DNA from: an uncultured bacterium
Lineage (GTDB): Bacteria > Cyanobacteriota > Cyanobacteriia > CAZCXK01
Direction of reading: 5' to 3'
NCBI GenBank assembly: GCA_964502605.1
Contig: CAZCXK010000003.1
Span: 19,476 to 83,475 of the forward strand
Length of the DNA stretch: 64,000 nucleotides
In this document: positions 1 through 9,143 of the stretch, piece after piece
Numbering within the stretch: the stretch's first letter is position 1
How the letters are laid out: every line of letters starts with the position of its first letter
Notes under the pieces: generated by a model
The model's database searches: none
What the model was told of the DNA's origin: nothing
Seen by the model: the letters and a program-made list of their open reading frames with translations, nothing else
Made by a program: the position numbers and the translations under genes

Positions 1-80
1 TTGGCTTATCTGGCATGACTGGTGGCAAGATCACTTTCCCAAACTTTAATTTATTTAAAACTTAGTTTGCTTATCTAGCT

Positions 81-770
81 ATGAATACACCTCGCGTCAA
101 GCAAGATTCTCCGTCATTTCTACGTTTCGCTGGATATGGCTTATTGGTGGTAGGAATGATCCATATCGCTGATGTTTTTATTCCTCCCCAGTTTAGAAAT
201 GCAGCCTGGGAGATCGGCATGGTTTCCTTGCTGTTAGAGCGTATGCCCCTGGCCTTAATCGGTGTCGCTTTAGTTTTCCTAGGTGGAGCAACTGAGCGCA
301 GCAAGGTGGAGATGTTACTACTTAAAGTCATTTCCTGGCTGACCCTAATTGTCGGTGTATCATTTTTCTTGTTAATTCCACTGGGAGTATCGGCTTTTGT
401 AAGACTCAATGAACAGGCTAACGACCAAATTAATGCACAGTATGAACAGCAAATTCTTCAGCTTGGAGAAGCCCAGACTCGTTTAGACACCGCTGAATCA
501 AGTGACTTACAACTTCTTTTAGAAACTTTTAGAGCTCAGGATGAGTTTGCGAGCATAACTACTCCCCAAGCTCTTAAAAGTAGGCTCGGCGAAGAGATTA
601 AGCAGGCTCGACAAGAGGCTGCTGACAACCGGAAAGCAGCGCAAAAGAGGGAACGTCTAGGACTTCAGCAAACAGTTATAAAGTCTTCTTTCATTTCCTT
701 AGTATCTTCTTACATGTTTATTTATGTTTGGTATAAAACCATCTGGGCACGGAAATCGAAGCTGAAATAA
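81..770 (+). CDS. Hypothetical membrane protein: N-terminal transmembrane helices followed by a Gln/Glu-rich coiled-coil segment
   Basis: 229-aa ORF. Three hydrophobic stretches (LLVVGMIHIADVFI, LALIGVALVFLGG, LTLIVGVSFFLLIPLGV) are followed by a heptad-like, Q/E/A-rich region (QYEQQILQLGEAQTRLD...). No enzymatic motif recognised. Confidence 0.4.
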   Translation: MNTPRVKQDSPSFLRFAGYGLLVVGMIHIADVFIPPQFRNAAWEIGMVSLLLERMPLALIGVALVFLGGATERSKVEMLLLKVISWLTLIVGVSFFLLIPLGVSAFVRLNEQANDQINAQYEQQILQLGEAQTRLDTAESSDLQLLLETFRAQDEFASITTPQALKSRLGEEIKQARQEAADNRKAAQKRERLGLQQTVIKSSFISLVSSYMFIYVWYKTIWARKSKLK

Positions 771-789
771 GGCTATCTCGGATCTTACA

Positions 790-1900
790 CCTTTCCTGAT
801 AAGCCAAGCTAGGCAATGATTTGAGAGCAATTTCAAACCCATACCGTGCTGCAATATCTGTACTCATTCGGATCTGTTTGAGTAATTGAACCGTGGAGTC
901 TGTGTCAAGCTGAGCAAACGGGTGCCATTACAGTGGAGAAATGGCAACCATCATGCCCTCATAAACGCGTCGCACTTCATCAGCTAAATATATAGAGGGA
1001 GATTCCCGCTTCAATTTGTCGGCTCCATGTACACTGCGCATCGCGGCTTGAGCGACCACCAGCAGAAGGTGTGGTTGAAGACCAATTGAACCGATTGTTC
1101 AGACACCGCTCCAGTTTCGCTATGCCCCACAAACACCCGCTCATCGAGCGCTTGCCAGGGCAATAAACCATGCTGGCGAATTACCCAAGCAGCTCCTCGC
1201 CCATGCAGACCCAAGAGAAATCCCACCGTTGAGAAATTGTGGTCGGCAATCCACAAATCTTCCTCCGTCACCGTCGCCAACACCCGACGCAACAGCGCCC
1301 GCTCCTGAGCATGACCATCCTCACAGGCAAACACATCAATCGCCAACATTAAAGCCGGATCGAGAATCACTAGCGCATGACCCGGCAGGGGCGCACTGTT
1401 GATGGCACGCAGCATCTCCAGGCGGCGCTCGGTCGCTGCCAAATGATTGTCATCAAGGATTTTGACGCGCTATCCCGCCAGCAGCGGAGGGAGACTGCCA
1501 TCCAGCCGCTCCATCAATCCTTCAACCCGTGTGATCACATGCTGCAGTAAGGCTTCGACGATCTGAGGTTCCATCCCATTCAGCTTGTTATAAACCGACT
1601 GAATGCTCACACCGATGCCCTTCGCTTTGGCTTGATAAGCAGCGTTGACCGACGGTACAATGCTACAAACTACTAAGCTCATCAAATTCACTACCGTTGA
1701 AAACAGTAATTCCCGATGATATTGTCGTTGGGCTTGCGGCTCAAACAATTCATCGATTTCCTCGGCGGGCAGACTCTGTTCTAACAGCACCCTTAGCATC
1801 ACGCAGAACAGACTCTCGGTCATGAACCGCTCAAACACTTCCCCTAAGATTATGGCTCAAACGCGGGTCGTTAAACTTTCAGCTTCCAGGATAGAGGGCT
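790..1900 (-). mobile_element. Degenerate insertion-sequence remnant surrounding the transposase pseudogene
   Basis: Extent is inferred from the transposase fragments and the flanking non-coding sequence. The boundaries are approximate and no terminal inverted repeats were confirmed by eye. Confidence 0.35.
1011..1838 (-). pseudogene. Disrupted DDE transposase (IS4/IS5-like superfamily): N-terminal and central parts in the same frame but separated by an in-frame TAG, C-terminus missing
   Basis: ORFs 1470..1838 and 1011..1442 lie on the same strand. Reverse-complementing 1443..1469 reads ...LPPLLAG-TAG-RVKILDDNHLAATERRL..., so one nonsense codon splits a single reading frame. The central part carries an ILDPAL...DLWIADHNFST stretch resembling the DDE region of IS4-like transposases. 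The total length is far short of the roughly 400 aa typical for this class, and no full inverted repeats were identified. Confidence 0.5.
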
Positions 1901-2115
1901 GAAAGCCAACAATCACAGGCATGACAAAAATATTAAGAAGCTCTCAAATGACCTTTAGAGGGCTGGGCTACAGACCCAACTCGATGCATCCACATCTTTC
2001 TACATTTGCCAGCCCAGACTCCAAAGATGATGTGATTTTTGGCAGACTGTCCTGATGTAGAGGTTTGTGGCTGTCAAAGATAACATATGCATCAGGATGG
2101 AGCACCTCAAGACGT

Positions 2116-3225
2116 ATGAGTCAATTGTGTGTATTAGCAGGTCTGCTAGCGGGATGCGGACACCCTATTCAACATCAACGACACATCCAGCCACAGATTG
2201 ATGGTGATGTAGCACCGATGATGTCAGTTTCGTCTCGATTGCCGCTCTCATCTGAATCGTCTCCAGCCATGGCGATCGCCCCTCCAATCGCCCCGATCCT
2301 CAAGTCAGCACCATACCTTAAATCAGTGGAATGGTCTGATGTCACAGGTTTAGAATCAGCAGATTTTGGACCGCGATCGCCCCAGATCCGCGTCCTCAAG
2401 CCTCAAATGCCGTTGCCGAGCTTGCCTCACCCACAGTTGCCAGGGCCTCATCCGGCACCCCAACCATCGACACCCGAGACAATCCGTCTTACTCGGCGAG
2501 CCGTTAGCCCACCAACGGCTCGCCCTTATACCAATAGCCAGCTCTATCATCAGCGCGTTGCGGCGATTCGAGCCGGACGTACCTACACGCGTCTCCCCCC
2601 CGACAGCTTTCGAGCCGATTGGCTCAACGCCACCCAGCAGCCCAATTATCAACAGTGGATCAATCTATTGGGACATGAAGCTGAGGCGATGGCGCGAGGC
2701 CAAGGCCATAATCCTCTGACCGTATTAGTTGGCGATTCGCTCAGCATGTGGTTTCCGAGCGATCGCCTTTCGAGTCAGGGATTTGTGCTCAACCAGGGCA
2801 TCTCAGGCGACACCACCACAGGCGTTTTGCAGCGGCTCAACCGATTTAGCCAAACTCGCCCCCATAGAATTCACGTTATGGTCGGCATCAACGATTTGCG
2901 TCAAGGTGCCTCAGATCAGACCGTGCTCATCAATCTCCACCAGATTATGCGCCAACTGAAGCAAACGCATCCCCAAGCTCAGATTGTGGTTCACTCAATT
3001 TTGCCCACCCGGTTAGTCACTATTCCAGTGCGTCGAATTCAATCGCTAAATGCTCAGCTATCGACCATCACTCAGCACGAAGGCTTGCAATATCTCAACT
3101 TGCAGGTCTATTTTGCTGATGAGTCTGGTCAATTGCGCCAAGAACTGACTACAGATGGTTTGCATCTCAACCTCCATGGATACTCCGTTTGGCAGTCAGT
3201 CTGGCAGCAGTTCAGTTTGGTTTAG
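2116..3225 (+). CDS. Lipoprotein, SGNH/GDSL-family hydrolase (lipase/esterase-like) with a Pro-rich N-terminal linker
   Basis: ATG at 2116 gives MSQLCVLAGLLAGCG with an LAGC lipobox. A Pro-rich low-complexity region follows. The C-terminal half has the SGNH hallmarks: VLVGDSLS (block I Ser), GISGDTT (block II Gly), VMVGINDL (block III) and DGLHLN (block V Asp/His). The six-frame ORF starts at 2065; the lipoprotein start is preferred. Confidence 0.7.
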   Translation: MSQLCVLAGLLAGCGHPIQHQRHIQPQIDGDVAPMMSVSSRLPLSSESSPAMAIAPPIAPILKSAPYLKSVEWSDVTGLESADFGPRSPQIRVLKPQMPLPSLPHPQLPGPHPAPQPSTPETIRLTRRAVSPPTARPYTNSQLYHQRVAAIRAGRTYTRLPPDSFRADWLNATQQPNYQQWINLLGHEAEAMARGQGHNPLTVLVGDSLSMWFPSDRLSSQGFVLNQGISGDTTTGVLQRLNRFSQTRPHRIHVMVGINDLRQGASDQTVLINLHQIMRQLKQTHPQAQIVVHSILPTRLVTIPVRRIQSLNAQLSTITQHEGLQYLNLQVYFADESGQLRQELTTDGLHLNLHGYSVWQSVWQQFSLV

Positions 3226-3861
3226 CGATCGCTTTTATGATCAGAACCCTGATTGACGAACAAAGCTACTTATAACCCATATTCTGCATGGGGTCAGGTA
3301 TCCTGCATGAGATCAGGAGCTCTGCCCCCTACATCCGATGAAATACTGTAAGGGTGCAGTTTCCGCATCCCATGCAGTATTTTTTGTCAGACAACCAAGA
3401 GCAGAACCTAAGCGAGTAAAAACCGTGAACGTTGCCGAGTTGGCAACAGGCTTTAGTGGCAAGGTTCAAACCGATTCCCATTACAAACGCTTGGTCTGGT
3501 GTCTGCTTGATAAGCGAGGGAATTCCAACAGTGATGAACGCATGAGGTTGTTCAATCAGTTTCTAGTGCTGGGTTGGGTTGACGCTGTTAATGTTCTTAG
3601 AATTCTAAGCATATCGATGAACTTCATTTTTTTAAGGTGAAGCATAGAGAATTCCATGCCATCCTGACCTATCATGTGATTTATTAAAAATAGTTAAGTC
3701 CTTTTTATGTAGCCATTACGACCAGATGTAGCCTTTTAGAGGTTCATTTAAGTCATAAGACAACGCCTTTTATCTCGAAGTATGAGCCCTAAAATGCATA
3801 GCCTTCCGAGCGATGCTGTCAATGATGACGGTTCGCTATATGCCGACTTCCTGAGGTCAAA

Positions 3862-4380
3862 GTGGCTTGCTTTATCGTGGCTTTTTACTGTAAACCGTCT
3901 TCATCAATGCCCTTGAACTCCTACAGTAAGCACCCTCCGAAAACTCCGTCATCCTCATCCCTTAGCACCAGCCAACCGTCCTCTAAATTCGCCGAAGACG
4001 ACTCTGATCAGCAGCCCAATATTACCGAGGATGATTCTTCGAAACCTTCATCTCTTACATCTTTGCCATCGGCAACTCTGCCGACATTGCTATTTGAACA
4101 ACTTGCCCAGGCAGGACTGACTGATTATCAAGCAGGTAATTATCGTGAAGCGATCGCCATCTTTAATCAAGCCCTGCACCATAACCCCAAGGCGGCTGCC
4201 ATCTGGGCAGTTCGAGCTGAGTGTCTGGCACAGGTGCACCACTATGAGGCGGCACTGCGATCGATTCATGAGGCCGTTCGTCTAGAACCAGACAACAGCA
4301 GTTTTCAACGCGATCGCGAGCTTCTGATTAGCCTCCAGGGGATGTACATTACCAAAGACGCTGGCTCCAGAGGATCTTAG
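3862..4380 (+). CDS. TPR-repeat protein with a Ser/Pro-rich low-complexity N-terminus
   Basis: The C-terminal 100 aa show TPR-like helices (AGNYREAIAIFNQALHHNPKAAAIWAVRAECLAQVHHYEAALRSIHEAVRLEPDN). The true start may be the internal Met (MPLNSY, about 3907). Confidence 0.45.
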   Translation: MACFIVAFYCKPSSSMPLNSYSKHPPKTPSSSSLSTSQPSSKFAEDDSDQQPNITEDDSSKPSSLTSLPSATLPTLLFEQLAQAGLTDYQAGNYREAIAIFNQALHHNPKAAAIWAVRAECLAQVHHYEAALRSIHEAVRLEPDNSSFQRDRELLISLQGMYITKDAGSRGS

Positions 4381-4418
4381 CCATCGTGGTGAGTGTCTGA
4401 TCCTCAAACTAACCGCCC

Positions 4419-5114
4419 TTAGCTTACCAACAGTTGATCATATTTAGCCCGCACCTCTTGAATATCTTGCCACATCAGCCATTTAGGACTGCCCTTATCC
4501 CGCGACTGATTGCGTAATAGATAAGCGGGATGAAAGATGGGCATACATAGCCGACCATCCCATTCCATCCATTGGCCGCGAATTTTTGTGATGCCCCGCT
4601 TGTCTCCAATCAGGCCTTTGACGGACGACGCCCCAGTCAACAAAATGATTTTGGGGTCAACCATGCGAATTTGCTCAGTCAGATAGGGGCGGCAAGCATC
4701 CATTTCTGTCTGCGTCGGAGTGCGATTGTCGGGCGGACGGCATTTCACAATGTTACAAATGTAAACGTCTACTTCGCTGTCTAATTTAACCGACGCCAGA
4801 ATTTTTTCTAATAGTTGCCCTGCTTTTCCTACGAAGGGTAGCCCTGTTTCATCTTCATTTTGACCAGGGCCTTCACCAATAATCATAATTTTGGCGGCCA
4901 AATTACCCCGACCCACGACAGCATGAGTGCGCGTTGCCCCTAAGCCACACCGCTGACACTGATTGCAGTGCTGCTTCATCATCTCCATATCTGGATAGAT
5001 CCCCGGTGGAATGGGAACCTTGGCATCTGTGGGGATCAGGTTAATATCAATCTCGTCTGGAGAGGGGGATGCTTCCATCTCCCCAAACAGGTCAATCTGC
5101 TGGTCGTTTACCAT
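4419..5114 (-). CDS. Uracil-DNA glycosylase, family 4 (4Fe-4S type)
   Basis: CxxC...GEGPGQNEDETGLPFVGKAGQLL motif, IVKCRPPDNRTP and the HPAYLLRN C-terminal motif are classic family-4 UDG signatures. Confidence 0.85.
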   Translation of the reverse strand: MVNDQQIDLFGEMEASPSPDEIDINLIPTDAKVPIPPGIYPDMEMMKQHCNQCQRCGLGATRTHAVVGRGNLAAKIMIIGEGPGQNEDETGLPFVGKAGQLLEKILASVKLDSEVDVYICNIVKCRPPDNRTPTQTEMDACRPYLTEQIRMVDPKIILLTGASSVKGLIGDKRGITKIRGQWMEWDGRLCMPIFHPAYLLRNQSRDKGSPKWLMWQDIQEVRAKYDQLLVS

Positions 5115-5192
5115 GAATTCGAAGGCTGGAGAACGGCGTCAAACACCCTGAAATTAGCAAACTGAGGCACTTGAGGCTGAGGTTTGAATATC

Positions 5193-5429
5193 TCAGTCAG
5201 CATGCCAATGCAGCAGGGCACTATTTGCAAAGTGTATTGGATTCTGAATCGAATTGCCAGATCGAATTGCCAGGAAAAGATACTGCTTAATATCTTTCGC
5301 AGATCTAGCCATCTGAATAGCCACCTCATCCCACAATTTTTTGTCTGAGATGTATCTGATTGCATCAGCGATCTTGACTGCTTGTTGAAAACTTTGATAT
5401 CCCAAATGCTCTCTGACTTCACTTTCCAA
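5193..5429 (-). CDS. Small hypothetical protein (78 aa)
   Basis: Only ORF evidence between the UDG and glycosyltransferase genes. An overlapping alternative-frame ORF 5108..5422 also exists. No motif recognised. Confidence 0.2.
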   Translation of the reverse strand: MESEVREHLGYQSFQQAVKIADAIRYISDKKLWDEVAIQMARSAKDIKQYLFLAIRSGNSIQNPIHFANSALLHWHAD

Positions 5430-5567
5430 CCAAGAAGTATTATTGAGCCTGTCTAGGATGCTATTCGATACCCAACTACAGAGTGCAACGACTGGAGGCG
5501 GAGTCAGCTAAAGTATTCTACATTTGTTACATCTGTGTCGTGTTGTCGCATCTTACTGCTGCACATC

Positions 5568-6761
5568 TTACTGCTGCAAAAGAGTATGGTACGCCAGGAT
5601 TGTTTTCTGGGCGATCGCCTCCCAACTATAGTGGGCTTTGGCATAGGTCTGAGCATTTGCCCCTCGGTGCTGTCGTTCGGCCCCATCCGCTAGAGCTTGG
5701 TGCAACTGATCCACCAACGACTCGATCGCACAGGAGCACACCCACCCTGCTGATGCTTGCTGCACATCTTCATAGATATGCACCTGATCGGAAATTAAGA
5801 CGGGCACCCGAGCAACCATCGCTTCTGCAACCGCAATGCCAAAATTTTCGTAGTATGACGGCAACACAAACAAATCAGCAAGCTGTAGCAAAGCCGTTTT
5901 ACATTCTCCCGAAATAAATCCGGCGATTGTCGTATGGGGAGCCAGCGCCGATGTCTGAATCATGTGACCGATAAAGTCTTCATATGCCGGGTCTTGAAGA
6001 TTAGACCCCGCCAAGACGAAGTGGAACGGCAGCCCATCTGCCAGTAAGCGTTCCAATGCTGGCAAGAGTAAGTCTAGCCCTTTTTTGGGGTCGATGCGAG
6101 ACATATAGACCAGGATTGGCCCATTCGACTCAGGGATGACAAGGCCAGATGCAGCCAGAATTTGGCGAGGATCGGGAAGAGGCGTAGGCGGCACAACCCC
6201 CAACGGCAAAATTAGGTCTGGAGTTGAGGTGCCAAATCGCTCAGATATTTTAGCTTCTTGAGCACTGGTGAAATGAATTGCTGTTGCGCCTGCAAGATTT
6301 GGACGTTCCAACAGGGTTGCATAGATCTGCTTGAGGCGACGTTTTTTGCGGAGATCGGCCGGGTCAAGCGTCCCCAAGGGGCGCAACACATATGGCAGAG
6401 AGCGAGATCGGGCGATCGCCGCTGAGAAACTGCTAACCGGTGAAAACAAGGCATGAATGTGAGCAATATCGTAGCCGCTAGCATGACGGGCAAGCCACTG
6501 GAGCAGCCCCAGCGAAAACTTGTAGCGACGAAACGGAGAACAATGAAAATACCGAATGCAATATCCATGCTGTTCGACGGGGCGATCGAAAGGCACCTCT
6601 AATGGCGGCTGTCCGGTATCACCATTAGAATCGGTCGTCAGAATCGTCACCTCAACTGATTGAGCTGCCAGAGCCTGAGCAAACCCCAACACCATTTGGC
6701 TAGGGCCGCCATACACTAGAGAAATCGACGGCACGATTTGAAGAACTTTTAGCGGAGTCAT
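5568..6761 (-). CDS. Glycosyltransferase family 4 (GT-B, group 1)
   Basis: N-terminal VYGGPSQMVLGFAQALAAQSVEVTILT and C-terminal ENFGIAVAEAMVARVPVLISD (the E-x7-E region of GT4 enzymes). ATG at 6759-6761 overlaps the upstream gene stop in an ATGA junction. The six-frame ORF begins with GTG at 6773. Confidence 0.8.
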   Translation of the reverse strand: MTPLKVLQIVPSISLVYGGPSQMVLGFAQALAAQSVEVTILTTDSNGDTGQPPLEVPFDRPVEQHGYCIRYFHCSPFRRYKFSLGLLQWLARHASGYDIAHIHALFSPVSSFSAAIARSRSLPYVLRPLGTLDPADLRKKRRLKQIYATLLERPNLAGATAIHFTSAQEAKISERFGTSTPDLILPLGVVPPTPLPDPRQILAASGLVIPESNGPILVYMSRIDPKKGLDLLLPALERLLADGLPFHFVLAGSNLQDPAYEDFIGHMIQTSALAPHTTIAGFISGECKTALLQLADLFVLPSYYENFGIAVAEAMVARVPVLISDQVHIYEDVQQASAGWVCSCAIESLVDQLHQALADGAERQHRGANAQTYAKAHYSWEAIAQKTILAYHTLLQQ

Positions 6762-7984
6762 GCCGATAAACACTTGAATACAGCTTGTTCAAAAATGTCG
6801 CAAAATGTCGATTCTGTATAGGCCGTCGCTCTGCTTCTAGCGGCCTGTCGATACGCATGCAGCTGCTCAGGGTGAGTTGCCATCACTTCCATCGCCTGAG
6901 CCAATTGGCTAACGTTGCCACATTCAAATACGCGACCAGCCGAGGGGGGTGCCATCCAATCTGGATACGACCCGGTGCGATCGCTCAGTAGCAAAGCCGT
7001 GCCTGAAATGGCTCCATCGAGAATTGCATAGGGCCAGGGATCCATCTGGGATGCGTGCAGCAAGACATCTGACGCCTGTAAAATAGCTGGAATTTGGCTT
7101 TGATTCTGAAAGCCGAGCCATCTAATTTTCTCTTCGACGCCAAGGTGCTGGCTGAGCGTTTTTAACTCATCAGTCAGCACTCCAGACCCCAAAAACCAAA
7201 GTTTAATTGGCAAATGCCTCATCCGGGCGATCGCTTGAATAGCATCTGCAGGTCGTTTTCGCGGCTCAAGTTTTCCCGACATAACGAACACGATCTCATC
7301 AGGAGCAGATCCCAAACCAGCCCGAAACTGCTGGCGAGCATCCTCATGCTCAAATGCCGTTACTCGAAAGACTTGAGAATCTGACACGCATGGCACCCAA
7401 ACGAGCTGATCGCTGCGGGCTCCATTGGTTTCCCAAAAGTCTCGATTTTGCTGCCCTTGATACATCACCTTGGCCGCATTTGTCGTGATGGGACGCACCA
7501 ACTGCCGACGAATTGCAGACTTCCATCCCCTCTTTTTGCCAATATTATCGCCATCACAGCGAATCAGATAAGGCAATCGATGCCGCATCGCCCATACCCA
7601 TCCCTGGAGCTGAATGGCATTGGTATAACCGTTGAGATGCACCACATCAGGGTTAAACGTGGCCAGCGCACTGGAAAGATGGCGGCTACGGCTGTTGAGA
7701 AATGGCCCATGCGGACGTTGAGCCGAGTCAGGGAGCACTTCGTCGGCAAAGGTTGTCTCGGCTCGATTATCCCAACTAATCTTGCGCCCAAACCCCTTGT
7801 CTTGAAAATTAGCCGTTTCGTGGGCATAGATGGCTTTGACGTCTATGTTGCCTCGCTGGTGCAGCTCTTCCAGCAGATTGACAAAATACTGAATGCGATG
7901 GGTCAATAGCCAGACAACGCGAGGTTTATCCATGTTTATATCCTTCGTCTCACCTTCAGCTCGGTCGGTTGAACGGGGTTTCAT
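6758..7984 (-). CDS. Glycosyltransferase family 4-like (group 1 GT)
   Basis: 408-aa ORF with a GT-B C-terminal domain pattern (LKLWFLGSG...LLHASQMDPWPYAILDGAISGTALLLSD). An internal ATG at 7933 (MDKPRVVWLL) is an alternative start. The stop is coupled to the downstream GT4 by the ATGA overlap. Confidence 0.65.
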   Translation of the reverse strand: MKPRSTDRAEGETKDINMDKPRVVWLLTHRIQYFVNLLEELHQRGNIDVKAIYAHETANFQDKGFGRKISWDNRAETTFADEVLPDSAQRPHGPFLNSRSRHLSSALATFNPDVVHLNGYTNAIQLQGWVWAMRHRLPYLIRCDGDNIGKKRGWKSAIRRQLVRPITTNAAKVMYQGQQNRDFWETNGARSDQLVWVPCVSDSQVFRVTAFEHEDARQQFRAGLGSAPDEIVFVMSGKLEPRKRPADAIQAIARMRHLPIKLWFLGSGVLTDELKTLSQHLGVEEKIRWLGFQNQSQIPAILQASDVLLHASQMDPWPYAILDGAISGTALLLSDRTGSYPDWMAPPSAGRVFECGNVSQLAQAMEVMATHPEQLHAYRQAARSRATAYTESTFCDIFEQAVFKCLSA

Positions 7985-8011
7985 TCCAACCTCAACTCTA
8001 ATCTCAATTCT

Positions 8012-9067
8012 TTAGGACTGGCTCTCACGTTGCATCATACGGCTATAGATTTGCCCGTCGTCCCAGACAGACTGGATTAATGTCTTCAGAGCGCTGATCA
8101 GGCCCAAACAATAGAACATGCCTCGCGTCAAAATTTTAATCAGGGAACCACTTTTATGACAGGGAGGCCGCCCCAGCACATGGCAGTCAAATAGTCGCAA
8201 CGATAGCCACAACACTTGCAACGGGGATAGATTCTTGAAAGCCATTAAGAAGTGATTGTGATAAAACGTAACCTGATATTGAAGCGATCGCGTACTGATA
8301 TCGTGACAGCCACCGCTTTCTTCTCCCAGGTGAATCAAATATGCCTCTGGGTCGTACCAAATGATATACCCTGTTTGGCGAACACGAAGGCAGAAATCAG
8401 ACTCTTCACGCACGGCACTGCCCCGAAAGCGCTCGTCAAACCGCAAACCATGCTGGTCAAAGATCTCGCGGCGAAACGACATATTGCAGCCTCGGGCGGT
8501 CAAAACCTGCTGTGGTTTTATGGTGTGCACAAGGTTGATGTAATACCAGGCAATACCAGGATCCATGGCCTGGGGTGGCAGATCTGTGATTTCTAGATCA
8601 GGCTCAAAATCAGACAGCTTCATGCGATCTAACACCCGGCCTGCTACAACACCGACATCTGAACGGTGTTGGAACACGCGAACATGTGCTGACAGGCAGC
8701 TCTCTGGCATCTGCACGTCGTCATCAATGAACAAAATGATGTCACCGCGCGATCGCCCCACTGCATAATTGCGGGCTCCGGGCAAACTCGCCCAGCTTAA
8801 CCGCATCCACTGAATCTTGTGCTCAGTAGCAAGCTGTTCCAAAACAGCCTGCGTATCAGGCTCATGCGTCTGCGTTTGGTCGATGACCAGCACCTCAAAG
8901 TTAGGATAATCCTGCTTGAGAACATCCGTCAGCGTGTCGCACAAGACCTGCTCACGACCATAGGTAGGAACGATGACTGAAAGGAGAGGATAAGACACAG
9001 GAGTGAGGGTGTGAAGAGTGTGGAGAACCGTTACGAAATTGGATGGTGCCAATGTCAGGCACTGCAA
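8012..9067 (-). CDS. Glycosyltransferase family 2 (GT-A)
   Basis: LSVIVPTYGRE...NFEVLVIDQ near the N-terminus and ILFIDDDV (DxD-type) are the canonical GT2 motifs. Confidence 0.8.
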   Translation of the reverse strand: MQCLTLAPSNFVTVLHTLHTLTPVSYPLLSVIVPTYGREQVLCDTLTDVLKQDYPNFEVLVIDQTQTHEPDTQAVLEQLATEHKIQWMRLSWASLPGARNYAVGRSRGDIILFIDDDVQMPESCLSAHVRVFQHRSDVGVVAGRVLDRMKLSDFEPDLEITDLPPQAMDPGIAWYYINLVHTIKPQQVLTARGCNMSFRREIFDQHGLRFDERFRGSAVREESDFCLRVRQTGYIIWYDPEAYLIHLGEESGGCHDISTRSLQYQVTFYHNHFLMAFKNLSPLQVLWLSLRLFDCHVLGRPPCHKSGSLIKILTRGMFYCLGLISALKTLIQSVWDDGQIYSRMMQRESQS

Positions 9068-9143
9068 CCGTAACTGTAGAACATTGAAATTACCCGCTAT
9101 TTATCATTCATAGCTCAATCATTTAGAACCGAACTCCCAAAGC

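Noticed and set aside
3338-3640. 100-aa ORF in the AT-rich region after the GDSL hydrolase gene
   Set aside because: No motif or start context, and it sits in an AT-rich spacer where chance ORFs are common. Left unannotated, though a small real gene cannot be excluded.
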